The notes beneath the pieces were generated by a model that saw nothing but the letters and a program-made list of their open reading frames with translations, had not been told where the DNA came from and searched no databases. 64,000 nt of DNA from the IMG/VR virus record IMGVR_UViG_3300020577_010320, one strand, 5' to 3'. A program made the translations under genes and the position numbers. Below, one piece after another: positions 51,120 through 62,000 of this stretch (position 1 is its first letter; each line of letters starts with the position of its first letter). The stretch comes from a virus.

Positions 51120-53567
51120 TTACTTCTCGGAGTCGCCACCGCTCGGCGGACGCAGCTCGGGAATGATGCCGGCGTCCGGGGTGTTGCCGACGATCTTCTC
51201 CTGGAGCAGAAGGACGAGTTCGCCCAGACCCTCGAACTGCGACTGCATCTGGTCCTCGAGCGGCCCGACCTCGCTCTCGCCAAACTGCTCGGTCCAGGCG
51301 TCGATGTTCCAGTGCATGTGGGCCAACAGGTCGCCCAGGTCGCTTACCGCCTTGGATAGGCGCGTCTTCGTTTCCTGCAGCAGCGTCCCGATCCGCTTGT
51401 GCTTCACGAGGGCGGCCAGGAACGCGGTGTCGAACAACTCTCGACGACCCGAAGCGGCAGCGGTCGCAACCGACCCGAGTACGTCCCGGTCCGAGTAACC
51501 TTTATCCTCGTCCTTGCTCGGCGGCGGGGGCTCTGAGCCGTTGCCGATGCCGGGGACGTCGCCCTGGATCCCGTACGTCATCGGGTATGGGCGGTACCGG
51601 TCCTGGGCCCCGGCCCGCATCAGCATATCCTGAATCGGGATCGACACGACCGACCCGGTTTCAGTCGGCACGACGTCGTCAGCGAACGAGGCAGGAGCCG
51701 CAATCTGGTCGAACGGCATGGTCGGCGCGTTGGGCGCGTCGTCAGCCAAGTTGCGGGAATACTGGTCGGCGTACTTGACCATGAACTCGACGCGGCCGTT
51801 GGCCTTGGCCACCTTCACCAACTCTTCCACCAGTTGGGCGTCGATGCCGCGGCGAGCGATGAGCTCAAACTTGACGGCGTTGACACCAGCCAGCTTGGTC
51901 TGGTTGACGAACCACGCGTGGGCGTCTTTCTTGAGCGTAACCGCCTTGTCGCCCATCTTGTGCCGACGCGCGAACAGGTACCGCTCGGGGTCAGTGCCGT
52001 CGCCCAGCTGGAGACGCTTACCGTACGCGTCATCAATCTTCAGCAGGTGACAGCCCTGAGGTAGGTACAGCTCGTTACCGTGTAGGATCGGCTTGGACGC
52101 CTCATCGAACACCTCGACGCGCTTCTCACTATCATCCTTACGGAGCGGAACGCGGCCGTGCTGGTAGTCGGGACGGTCGACGTGCTCGACGTCGTTGGCC
52201 GCGGCCCAGAACGGCTTCTTCGAGCCGACGTACCCTAGAGCGTGAACGCACCCGTCTTCCGACTTATTGAAGGGCACGGTGGCGACAAACCCGGCACCGA
52301 AGTTGGGGTTCTCGTTCACCTTGGCGATGGCGACGAAGCTGCCGTTGGGGACGCCCTCGACCTCGTCCTTCACCTGCTGCAGGTCGTCGACCCACTTGGC
52401 GAACGCGTCGTGGTCGGCCTCGCCGGTAACCCACACGGCGTTTTGATGAGTGAGCGTCCACTTCTTATCCGACTTCCGCATGACGAACACGCGGTCGCGA
52501 GCCGGACCCCACCCGGTCAGGTGGGTGAGCACGATACACTCAGCTAGTTCGTGCCCTTCCACGAGAACCTGGTAGATGCCGTTGTTAAGCGGGTTGCGGA
52601 AGATGTCGGACCCGATGTCGACGCCGCCTACCCAGGTGACCTCGGACTTGTCCTTGGGGCCGCGGTCGTCCTTGTAGATGTCTTCCTGGTCCCGGAGCTT
52701 CTCCCACTCATCCGAGTCGAACAGCATGCCCTTGGGCGGCTTCACGTCCTTCAGGTCCCCGCGACGACGCGTGATGGTTAAAGACATGGACGTGACCTCC
52801 CCCGCCTGCTTGGCGGGGAAGGTAAACAGGTCCTTGTCGGCGGGCTTGAACAGCTCGAGAGGCTTACGCGCCTCGGCTTGCTCGGCCTTCTTAAGCGCGG
52901 CGGCCAGCTTCTCGTGGCCGTAGAACTTGTCGATCGCCTTTGCGAACCACGGGTACTTACTGGCGTACTCGCCGATGTACTCCAGGACCTCGGGGTGCGC
53001 TTCGGCCACCTTGAGCAGGTCGGGGAACGTCGGCTCCGGGACGTTGAGCTTGCCGATGGCGCGGCCGACGTCTTTCTTGATCGTGGCGAAGTCCGCAGCG
53101 TACTTAGTGGGCGGGAACTTGAGCTGCCACAGGGACGGCTGGGCCGTGTCGCGGGTGTCCGACCGCCGGCGGGCTTCCGGCGGCTCGTCGCCGCTTTCCA
53201 TAAGGAACTTGTTCACGTAGTTGTCGGACAGCGGCACCGTTTGCTTGTTCTTGGGGTCGCGGAGCTGCTCCGTCCCCTTGATGACGCCGTCCCGGTAGAA
53301 CACCGGGACATACACGATCCGCTTGCCGACCTTGAACCCGAAGACGCCGACCGCCTTGGTGTTGTCCTTGTCCTGGTCCAACACCTGAAAGCCGATCTCG
53401 TGCTTGAACAGGCCGGGAGCCTTAGCCCCCAAGAACGAACGTCCGATCGTCGCCAGGCTGTTCTCGAACGTCTGAACGTCCCCGGCGGCCAGCTTCGTCA
53501 GTTCGTACTTGCTAAGTTGAAACGACATGTCGGCGTCCGTTGCGTGAGTTTGGGGGTCGCGGGCCAT
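51120..53567 (-). CDS. large hypothetical protein (815 aa)
   Basis: long uninterrupted ORF in gene-dense minus-strand run. Confidence 0.55.
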   Translation of the reverse strand: MARDPQTHATDADMSFQLSKYELTKLAAGDVQTFENSLATIGRSFLGAKAPGLFKHEIGFQVLDQDKDNTKAVGVFGFKVGKRIVYVPVFYRDGVIKGTEQLRDPKNKQTVPLSDNYVNKFLMESGDEPPEARRRSDTRDTAQPSLWQLKFPPTKYAADFATIKKDVGRAIGKLNVPEPTFPDLLKVAEAHPEVLEYIGEYASKYPWFAKAIDKFYGHEKLAAALKKAEQAEARKPLELFKPADKDLFTFPAKQAGEVTSMSLTITRRRGDLKDVKPPKGMLFDSDEWEKLRDQEDIYKDDRGPKDKSEVTWVGGVDIGSDIFRNPLNNGIYQVLVEGHELAECIVLTHLTGWGPARDRVFVMRKSDKKWTLTHQNAVWVTGEADHDAFAKWVDDLQQVKDEVEGVPNGSFVAIAKVNENPNFGAGFVATVPFNKSEDGCVHALGYVGSKKPFWAAANDVEHVDRPDYQHGRVPLRKDDSEKRVEVFDEASKPILHGNELYLPQGCHLLKIDDAYGKRLQLGDGTDPERYLFARRHKMGDKAVTLKKDAHAWFVNQTKLAGVNAVKFELIARRGIDAQLVEELVKVAKANGRVEFMVKYADQYSRNLADDAPNAPTMPFDQIAAPASFADDVVPTETGSVVSIPIQDMLMRAGAQDRYRPYPMTYGIQGDVPGIGNGSEPPPPSKDEDKGYSDRDVLGSVATAAASGRRELFDTAFLAALVKHKRIGTLLQETKTRLSKAVSDLGDLLAHMHWNIDAWTEQFGESEVGPLEDQMQSQFEGLGELVLLLQEKIVGNTPDAGIIPELRPPSGGDSEK

Positions 53568-53603
53568 CCTAGCACACGCGACTGTTGCTTACAATGGGCG
53601 TAC

Positions 53604-53870
53604 TTACGTCACTTTACCTCTGGACTCCCGCAGGTGGGCGGCCATCTCCTGGATGTGCTGGCGCACCGCCTCAGCGTGATCGGCCGCGGACTCGTACTCC
53701 AGTACGGTGTCGTAGCAGCAATTCCGCGGACACCGCTGGCTGCCCCACGTCAGGTAGTACCAGCCGACACCGGACCAGGTGCCACGCACAACGTCCGCGT
53801 TTTCATAGCCCTCGACGATCTTGATTTCGTCCTTCGTCTTCAGGAACTCCCAAGTGCCGGATGTATCCAC
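53604..53870 (-). CDS. hypothetical small protein
   Basis: 88-aa ORF. Confidence 0.4.
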   Translation of the reverse strand: MDTSGTWEFLKTKDEIKIVEGYENADVVRGTWSGVGWYYLTWGSQRCPRNCCYDTVLEYESAADHAEAVRQHIQEMAAHLRESRGKVT

Positions 53871-53878
53871 TCGACCTC

Positions 53879-54286
53879 CTAGATCATGTACGACAACTCG
53901 ACGACACCCACGATGCTCTCGTAGTAGTCCAAGTTGTCGAACCTAATTCTCTTGTCTGCATGCCACAGCATCAGGGGGCCGCACCCGCACACGACGCCGT
54001 GTATCCCGCGGTCCGTACACTGCACCTGAAACCAGTAGTCGTTCCCATGTACCAGGGACGTCAGCGGCTGCCCTGACAGGATGAACCCGGCGTACTTAAG
54101 GTGCGTTATGGCGTGCCGATAGTACCTCGACCGGCGGATGACGTCGAGACAGTGCGTCACCACCTCCTTGTTGCTGCACACCACGGACGCGCACCCGTAA
54201 ACATCCAAGTGGGCGTCGTCGATCCGGGGTGCGTACCAGACCGACACCACGTACTGCGGCGACGTCTTGAGGGGTTGGGGGTGCAT
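53879..54286 (-). CDS. hypothetical Cys/His-rich protein
   Basis: 135-aa ORF. Confidence 0.4.
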   Translation of the reverse strand: MHPQPLKTSPQYVVSVWYAPRIDDAHLDVYGCASVVCSNKEVVTHCLDVIRRSRYYRHAITHLKYAGFILSGQPLTSLVHGNDYWFQVQCTDRGIHGVVCGCGPLMLWHADKRIRFDNLDYYESIVGVVELSYMI

Positions 54287-54645
54287 CAGTTAAAGGCCCG
54301 ACTATGACAATCGTAACACGGTCTGTGTATAACAGCGCATGCTACGCACAGCGCGGGTAACTTCGACACGAGTGTGATGTACTTGAGAGCCTGCGGGTCG
54401 TGCGTCGGGTCATAAAAACCGTCGACGACGTGGGTTACCGTCAGCTGCGGCTCCAGCTCGTCGCCGTCGTATGGGCCGGCCGGCCTCATATGAACGGAGA
54501 TCGATAGCCTCACAGGTGGGAACGGACCGCACCGACAGTTGGAACCGCTGACCTTACAGAACCGAACAACGCGACCGGAGGCGGTGGTATAAAAGTACCC
54601 ACCGCCTCCGGTCTTAGCGAGATGCGAACTCTGCGTCACACTCAC
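54286..54645 (-). CDS. hypothetical Cys-rich protein
   Basis: 119-aa ORF, multiple Cys. Confidence 0.4.
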   Translation of the reverse strand: MSVTQSSHLAKTGGGGYFYTTASGRVVRFCKVSGSNCRCGPFPPVRLSISVHMRPAGPYDGDELEPQLTVTHVVDGFYDPTHDPQALKYITLVSKLPALCVACAVIHRPCYDCHSRAFN

Positions 54646-54652
54646 CTCTCTT

Positions 54653-55180
54653 TCATTTCAGCTTCTCGAGTAGCGGGTTGAACAACGTCTTCGTAGCAGC
54701 GAACGAGTCGCCACCCTTCAGGGCCCCCTGCAGTCCCGTCATCGCCGCCAGACCCGCTGGGCCGGCAGACAACACACCTTCCGTCAGACCGGGGGCGGCG
54801 GCCCCTAGCATGCCGCCGAACATGTCCGCGCCCGTCGGACTGTTCATCTGCTTCTGTACAAAGCTGAGCGCCGTGTTGGCCGGACCCTGCCACGACTGCG
54901 GCAGATGACTCGTCGCGGATAGGAGCGGGGGGACGTTGGCTGTCAGCTTCGACGTTGCGTCGTACGCGTTCGTACCGCCCAGCGCGTTCAGCCCCTTACC
55001 GATCGGGTTACCCAACCAACCCATTGCATCAAACCCGCCGGGCTTCCCGGACGGCGGAGTAAGTGCGGGCGTAGCACCTGGCTTGGCTGCACCGGCGTTC
55101 GGCTGCATCAAGCGTGGCGGCTGCGGGACCGACGGGGTGGCCGGGGGCGGTACCGGTGGGCTAAGAAGGGGGTTGCTCAC
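54653..55180 (-). CDS. Pro-rich low-complexity protein; C-terminus similar to 57367..58140
   Basis: PPVPPPATPSVPQPP...; tail ...FAATKTLFNPLLEKLK resembles ...KTTFSKILSNLKR. Confidence 0.45.
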   Translation of the reverse strand: MSNPLLSPPVPPPATPSVPQPPRLMQPNAGAAKPGATPALTPPSGKPGGFDAMGWLGNPIGKGLNALGGTNAYDATSKLTANVPPLLSATSHLPQSWQGPANTALSFVQKQMNSPTGADMFGGMLGAAAPGLTEGVLSAGPAGLAAMTGLQGALKGGDSFAATKTLFNPLLEKLK

Positions 55181-55256
55181 GACGCCGTCCTGATGTGTAA
55201 GTGGTTGCAGCTTTTTGAGCTACAACGAAATATAATGACGCGCAAACGTCCGATAT

Positions 55257-57140
55257 TTACAGGATCGGCTTCTTAGCGGCCTGCGCGTCCCAGCCTTTCG
55301 TCTTACCCATTTCGCCGAAGTGGAGGCCCTCGGCGAGCGGCGTTACGTACGACGTCCCCTTGGGGTCGGCGACCGCGCCGCGGGCGGCGGCGGTCAACAG
55401 GTTCTTCTCAAGGCCGGACCCGAGCATCTGCGTCATCCAGTCCGAGTCGTACTTCAGGGTGTCCTGGGACCGGATCATGACGGGCGTGAAGTCCGGCGGC
55501 GACGCGTGGGTGTGGACCTGGTCCACCCCGTACTTACCCATCGTGTCCGCTACCGACCTGGTCACCTTAGTGCCGATCGTGTAGTGGAGGGCGGGGCGTT
55601 CGAGGTACTGGCCGACTGCGTGGTTAGGACGGCCAACTTGAGTTCCGGGGCGAGGTTCGTACGACGACTCAAGATTCTGGTAACTAACCACGTCCCCAGG
55701 CGCGTGATCTCCCAACTCGCGATCCACACGCACGTGATCAATAAGACCGCGAGCGACAAGCTCGATGTTACGTCGGTCTGGGTCGAAGCCCACGTCATGG
55801 GAAGTCTCCACAAAGTGTTTAAGGAACAGCCGCCTACCCTCGCCGATTCCCTTGTGGGCTACGAATTCAGCCGGGTTGGGTAGTCCGTCGGTCAGCATGT
55901 CGCCGGCTTCAACCTTGTCGCCGACCGCAACCTTGATTTTGGCGTCCGGACGAGCGTAGTGCTCGTGGCCGTTGATCGTAACGTAATGCCCACCCTGCGG
56001 AGCCGGTCGGATCTGGTCGACCGACCCTTCCTGTTGGGCGTGCAACGCACCGTCCGTGTATTCCTTGGGTACACTGAACATCCGGTCCAGTACGGGGAAG
56101 CCCTGCTGCCCCTTGGTCGCACCGGCCACGCCGCCGCCGTGCTTGGACCCGATGATCATCTGCGTCATCGGCTCGGACAACGACTGAGCGGCGGCCAAGC
56201 CCACGTAGTCGCCCTTGGGGGCGATCACTCCGCGCTCACGGATGCCGACGTCCTTACCGTAAACGCCGCCGTCCGCGGGTCCGCCGACAAGCGGACTACG
56301 GATCAGGATCTCGTCGTGCCCCTTACGCTTGAGGTCGGCCAGCACCTCACGCGTAAGGATAGTGTTTCGCTGGTGCCCGCCTATCGGGGCCGACAGTAGG
56401 GCCCCCTCGTTGGCGGGGTCGTGAGTGTCTACGGGAAGACCACGAATGCCGCCGTGCGGGTCAGGACCGTCGTCGTCAGACACGACAAGGCGGTGGCTCA
56501 GGTTGTTGAGTCGCTTACTCAGGTAGCCGCCGTCGGCCGTACCCAGCTTCGTCAGGGTGAGACTCTGCCGGGCGCCGTAGCTGCCCGCGAAGTACTCGTG
56601 GGGCCGAAGCCCTTCGGCGAACGAGTGCTGAATCGGGTACGGGACGGGGTTGTAGTTGGCATCGGCGTATAGCGTATCGCCGGCGACCAGCGACCGCAGG
56701 TTTTCCGCCTTACCTTTCGCACCACTGACAACCTGTAGGGCGAGCGGGTTGCCAGCGGCTTGGTGCTCGGCCAGGATCGTCTTCTGGAGTGGGTCCATGT
56801 ACTCCAGCGACGTCTGGATCAGCTTGGCGTCGCGCATCTTGGCGTTCAAGCTGGTGTCGCTGAGGATGGCGTGAACGCGTTGGTTGAGTTCTTCTCGGAG
56901 CTTGGTTGACTCGGGCCCGGGGTCCATGTGCTCGGGACCGAACGAGTACCCGCCGCTCATGAACCCGGCCTCGGCCGACAAGTCCGACAGCTTCTTGAAG
57001 ATCTCGCGGTACTGGTCGGGGTGGTTACGTGCGACGTACTCGGCGATCTCGGAGATGCCCTTCTTGTTCAACGCCTTGTACCGCCCACGGAGCGCGGGCG
57101 GCAGCACCTCGTCGATCATGAGTTGGCCGACCGTGGGCAT
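55257..57140 (-). CDS. multisubunit RNA polymerase beta' C-terminal portion (regions F-H homolog)
   Basis: VVSGAKGKAENLRSLVAG, TLTKLGTADGGYLSKRLNNLSHRLVV, AAQSLSEPMTQMIIGSKHGGG match beta'/Rpb1 bridge-helix/trigger-loop region motifs. Confidence 0.8.
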   Translation of the reverse strand: MPTVGQLMIDEVLPPALRGRYKALNKKGISEIAEYVARNHPDQYREIFKKLSDLSAEAGFMSGGYSFGPEHMDPGPESTKLREELNQRVHAILSDTSLNAKMRDAKLIQTSLEYMDPLQKTILAEHQAAGNPLALQVVSGAKGKAENLRSLVAGDTLYADANYNPVPYPIQHSFAEGLRPHEYFAGSYGARQSLTLTKLGTADGGYLSKRLNNLSHRLVVSDDDGPDPHGGIRGLPVDTHDPANEGALLSAPIGGHQRNTILTREVLADLKRKGHDEILIRSPLVGGPADGGVYGKDVGIRERGVIAPKGDYVGLAAAQSLSEPMTQMIIGSKHGGGVAGATKGQQGFPVLDRMFSVPKEYTDGALHAQQEGSVDQIRPAPQGGHYVTINGHEHYARPDAKIKVAVGDKVEAGDMLTDGLPNPAEFVAHKGIGEGRRLFLKHFVETSHDVGFDPDRRNIELVARGLIDHVRVDRELGDHAPGDVVSYQNLESSYEPRPGTQVGRPNHAVGQYLERPALHYTIGTKVTRSVADTMGKYGVDQVHTHASPPDFTPVMIRSQDTLKYDSDWMTQMLGSGLEKNLLTAAARGAVADPKGTSYVTPLAEGLHFGEMGKTKGWDAQAAKKPIL

Positions 57141-57142
57141 GG

Positions 57143-57364
57143 TTATACCGTGATGCGCTTTTTGACGTGGGAAGCCTTAACGCCGAGCGTGTCGAGCACC
57201 GTCTGGAAGTCGTCGTCGTTGCAGGTAGACACTAGCACGCAGTTGTCGGCGTAAGTGACAGCCACCACTACGGGGTTGCCGTGTTGGTCGCGGATGAGAA
57301 CCCGACTGGCTTCCAACGAGTCGGGGTCACGACCACCAGGCTTGAACGTCTCGACCTTCAGCAT
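57143..57364 (-). CDS. hypothetical small protein
   Basis: 73-aa ORF. Confidence 0.4.
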   Translation of the reverse strand: MLKVETFKPGGRDPDSLEASRVLIRDQHGNPVVVAVTYADNCVLVSTCNDDDFQTVLDTLGVKASHVKKRITV

Positions 57365-57366
57365 AT

Positions 57367-58140
57367 TTAGCGCTTTAGGTTGCTCAGGATCTTACTGAAC
57401 GTGGTCTTACTGTCGCTAGACGCGGCCTTGGACACCGGCGTCCCACCAGTCAGACGACGAACGAGGGCGCTACCGTCAGCCGCAGACTTAGCAGCAACCG
57501 GCGACAGACTGGGCAGCTGTTGCGCGACCTGCGACGGGGGAGCGCCAGCGGCGGCCCCACCGGGTGCCGGAGCGCCAGGTGCAGCGCCGCCAGGACCAGG
57601 AACCGGAGGCTGCATGTTCAACACCTGAGCCGCCGGCACCTCGAGTCCGAGCTTCTCAGCCAACGCAGTCAGAATCGCCTTCTGGGCAGAGATGTCGTGC
57701 ATCAGTTGATGCCAATGATGCGGCTCGACCTTAAGGCTGGCCGTAGCCGGCTTACCCCCAGGACCGGTAGCCCCACCACCCTGTTGGAGCAGCTGGAGAA
57801 TCTGATCCATCTTGGCAGCCTGCGGGTCCTGCGGCCCACCAGGGGCTCCGCCGACGTCCGGACTCGGAGCTCCGCCGGCCGCAGCGGGGTCACCGGGGGG
57901 AGGGCCCCCAGCGCCAGGCGGCGGACCGCCAGCCCCAGGAGGGGGGCCGGCGGGGGCGCCCGGAGGAGGACCGCCCGCACCCGGCGGAGCTCCACCCTGC
58001 GACGGATCACCCCCGCCGCCCATTACCATCTGCGCGACGGCCGGAGAGGGGGTGAAGGCCGCCTTCTCCGTCGCGTCCTTCCGGGCCCCCTTCAGCGTGT
58101 TGAAAAGGTCGAAAACGGTCGGGTCGAACAAGCTGGGCAT
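57367..58140 (-). CDS. Pro/Gly/Ala-rich repeat protein
   Basis: repeats GGPPPGAPAGPPPGAGGPPPGAGGPPPGD. Confidence 0.45.
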   Translation of the reverse strand: MPSLFDPTVFDLFNTLKGARKDATEKAAFTPSPAVAQMVMGGGGDPSQGGAPPGAGGPPPGAPAGPPPGAGGPPPGAGGPPPGDPAAAGGAPSPDVGGAPGGPQDPQAAKMDQILQLLQQGGGATGPGGKPATASLKVEPHHWHQLMHDISAQKAILTALAEKLGLEVPAAQVLNMQPPVPGPGGAAPGAPAPGGAAAGAPPSQVAQQLPSLSPVAAKSAADGSALVRRLTGGTPVSKAASSDSKTTFSKILSNLKR

Positions 58141-58352
58141 CGGGGCCTCAGTGGTGGTTTTGACTGCGTGTTGTCTTCTCGGTGCTCGCGTCGTCGGTCA
58201 TACTACACTAAGTCTCTCAAACGGTACAAATGGAGTTTATGCGTGGAAGACGTCACCACTTACGACGCCACGAGCTACCGACCGGGGTCAAACCCGACGT
58301 TCCAGGGTTCGACCGCCGGCCTGGACCCGACGCTCTCCCAGCAGCCGGTCTG

Positions 58353-58902
58353 GCATCTGATGACGCGATTCCTGGTTGGGGTCCTACGTCAGCACTTCGG
58401 CACGCAGGCGGCTATTGAAGACCCGGCGATGTTCAACCGGGTGTGGACTAACGCCCCGTCGTCGCCGATCACCATCGCCTCTCTGGCCGAGTGGAAGCCG
58501 CAAGACACACAGCAACGCCCGGCCATTTACGTCGACCGACTTGAACAAACCGTCGATATGAGTAAGCGATCCGTTGGTAACCAGCTGCACGGGTTGATGC
58601 CGGCGTTCTACAACACCATCTTCGACGGCAGTCACGTCGTACATTGTCTCGGCGGGCGGGAGGGTGAAGCAGAGCTGCTGGCCCACGAGGTGTGGCGACA
58701 ACTGCACGAGTTCGCCCCGCAGATTCAGAAGGAGTTGTGTCTACTCAGGTTCCTACCGGTAAAAGTCGGTAAGCGGGTGCAGTTCCAGAGCACGACCGAG
58801 CAGTACTCCGTACCCATCGAGATTATCTACGGATACCAGGAGACGTGGCGAATCAAGAATCTGAGTGAGTCTCAGCTGAACGCCATCAAGTTGAACATCT
58901 AA
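58353..58902 (+). CDS. hypothetical protein (only plus-strand gene candidate)
   Basis: plus-strand ORF ...HGLMPAFYNTIFDGSHVVHCLGG...IEIIYGYQETWRIKNL*; no minus-strand ORF in region; 5' end uncertain (58243-58429). Confidence 0.4.
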
Positions 58903-59036
58903 CGAAGCAACCCACCTCTCGGTGGGTTGAGTCGCGGACCTAAGAGTCGAACTTAGCAAACCAAGCGTATGAAACTCAGTCGAGCACCAGCCCGTCCGCG
59001 CGTTGAGTCGAATACTATAGTACTCGACTCTTAGCG
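58903..59036. other. structured convergent-intergenic element (nested stem-loops)
   Basis: CAACCCACC-tctc-GGTGGGTTG; GAGTCGA-atactatagtac-TCGACTC; outer pairing TAAGAGTCGA...TCGACTCTTA. Confidence 0.45.
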
Positions 59037-62000
59037 TCAACCCGTAATCTCGACTCTCGTATCAAAGTTGATCCTACCGGACGCAAACGCCTTGAGCGCG
59101 TCCTTGGCCGAGGCGAACTTAACGGGCGGGTTCGTCTTGTCCTCCTGGGTCGAGAGCGCGTGTAGGCCCTGCACGTACTCCATGTTTGGTAGAAAGTTGC
59201 TCGCCTTCATGGTTGCAGGGCTGAACAGGTTCTTGGACGGCAGTAGCTTGTCCTTCACCTCTTGTACCGACTTGTCTGACAGCGGCACCTGAATGGTAAA
59301 CGTGTCGCCGTCGAAGTCTGCGGCGTACGGCTTGGTCACCAGGTGGTTGATGTGTAGAGCGTCGCCAGGTACGAGCACGGGGTTGAAGCCCATCACACTG
59401 TACCTGTGCAAAGCCGGGTATCGTGTGGCCGTAACGGGGCGGTCCTTCATCTCGGCCAACAGGGCGTCTTTGGAGATCTTCTCACGCTTCTCCACGAGCT
59501 CAGCCACCTCGGCCCGCGGGATGCCCTGACGTACGAGGCGACGGACCACGAACGGGTGGTAGATCTCCCACGCCACGGACTCGGGGATGCCGATCTGGTC
59601 CATGTCTAGGTCGGGGTTCGGCAACGCCTGACCGCGACCCGAAAGGTTGGTAGGCGTACCCAGTAGCTTCTGCTGGATGTACGAAAACTTGGCCGTATCA
59701 CCGAGCAGCCGCTGGAGAATGCCCTTAACGCCCCGCTCCTTGTTCTTGGCCCCGATCGGGTCACCGAGGCCGACGGTGGCGCGAACGGCGTCGTACACAT
59801 TGAGCCGCTCGTCGCCCACGTCGTGCGTGTGCTGACTCAGGTCCTTGTACGCCTGGTTGGCCTCCATCAGCTCTTTGTAGAGCAGGTTGGCGTCGCTGAC
59901 GACCATGTCCTGGGCGCCGTGGGCTCCGGGCCGCACGGGACGCAGACCAGGGGGAAGGACCGGAACGGCGCTGAGCATCCAATCCTTCGGGTTCTGGCCG
60001 TTCTTCTCGAGCCCCTTGAGGTACCCGAGCTTACGATTGGCCTCGTCTCGCGTGGTCTTCCTGGACGACAACGCCTGGGCCCGCGTCTTCTTCAGCTCCT
60101 GGGCGACGTTCAACGTACCCAGGGCCGCACCGATCGCCTCCATACCCGTTCCAGTCGCGATCTCGTGGCGACCCGCGATGGTGTCACGGAACTGCTTCTC
60201 AGTCAGTCCTAGCAGTCGCCGGGCCGGCTCCTCGAACGCCGGGTTGAGCATCTTCTCGTGGAGGGTGATTTTACCCCACGTCCCCATCGAGTCGGTGTTG
60301 CCGAAGATGCGGTCGTCAAACAGACCGCCAGGGTAAGGGGCGCCGTTACGCGAGAAGTCCAACGTCTCGCCGTTCTTGATCTCGCGGTCACCGGCCAGCT
60401 CCTGTACGCGTTCGTTGGTCAGCGCCTTCAGATGGTACCGGCCGTCCTTATGAATCGGGTCGACGCCGGACGCCCTGAGCTCCGTGATGAACCGAGCGAA
60501 CGCCGGGGACTGCGACGGCTTGGGGGCGGGGAACCCTTGCATGTACGCCGCCCAAAACTCCTCGTTGGCGAGGCCCTTGTTCATGTGGGCGTCGTGAATG
60601 ACCTCCGTCGCGCCGTGAGAGAGCAACGCGTTGGTGTCGCCCAGAGACGCACGCATAGCCTTACCGGTCTGGCCCCGCAGCGGCTGACCCGACTCGTCGT
60701 GTCCGCCGAGCCCACGCCCCTTGGCCTTGGCCGAGGCGATGTGGTGTAGCTTCATGACGTACAGGTTGCCGACGCCGACGCCGGGGATAGGCTTACCCGT
60801 CTTTTGGTCCGTCAGCGTCTCACGGAACTTAACGCCGTGCTTGTCCATCTCCTCACGGACCCACTTACTGATGTTCCGCTGGTCGCCGTTGTCGTCGAAG
60901 TCGTTCACCGTATACGGCTGACCCCGCTTGGCGGCGATCTTACCCAGGATCGACTCGAAGATGGCCGACGGGTTGGCGCGGGAGATCGTACCAAGTGACG
61001 ACAAGATCACATCGATCGGTCGGCCCTGCTCGTCCAGCGGCATGTGGTGGTCTGGGACGACGACGCCGATGCCCTTGTTGCCGTGGCGGCCGCTCAGTTT
61101 GTCGCCGCTCTGGAACGCCATCTGCGTCCTCACCATGACGACCGGGCCGTTCGGGCCCTTGACGACGTCCGTGACCTCACCTGGGTCGTGGTGCTCCCAC
61201 GTTTCACTTACGTCGGACAGGCCGGACTTGGCGCCGCGCGACAGGCGGCCGAAGATGCCAGGCTTCTTCCGGATGCCTAGGATCATCGGGTCGCCGTAGT
61301 TGAGCTTCTGCCCAGGAAGGACGACGCCGTCGTCGTCCATCTTCTTCAACTGGTTCAGGTCGTACTTGCCGCTGAACGCCGCGACGTGGGGCCGCTTACC
61401 CAGGATCGTGTGCTCGTCCGGCTGGAGGGTGTGCTTGTACAGGTGGTCTGACGTCAGACGCTGGGCCGCCGACTGGGAGACGAGAATGGAGTCCTCATAC
61501 ACATTGCCGCGACCGCTCATGTACGCGACACGCAGATTGGCGCCGTAAGCAGCGTGCCCCTTCTCGTCGGTGTAGTTGGATCGCGCCAGCAGCTGCCCGG
61601 GGGCCACAGGGTCGCCGGGCTGAACGAGTGGGATATTGTGCAGGCCCGACTTGCGGCCGGTCGGCATGTAGTCGTGGAGCTCGTGCTTGGTCTCGGTCCC
61701 GTCCTGATATTGAACGGTGATCTCGCCGCGCTTGACTTCCTTGACGACGCCGGGCTTGTTACCCGCGTACACCGGCCCCATGTGCCGACCGTACAGCTCC
61801 TCAAACGACTTACCGGGCTGGTTGGGTACTTGGGTGCGTACGAAGGGCGCCTCCGGCTGAACGAGCGGGAGAGACTGCGTGATCATACGGCTGCCCATCG
61901 AGCTGCGATGGGCCTTGGAGTTCGACTTCAGTGGCACCATGTTGGTGAGCGGGCTGAAGCTCTGCTCCATCGTCGGCACGACGTAGTCGACCTCGTGCCG

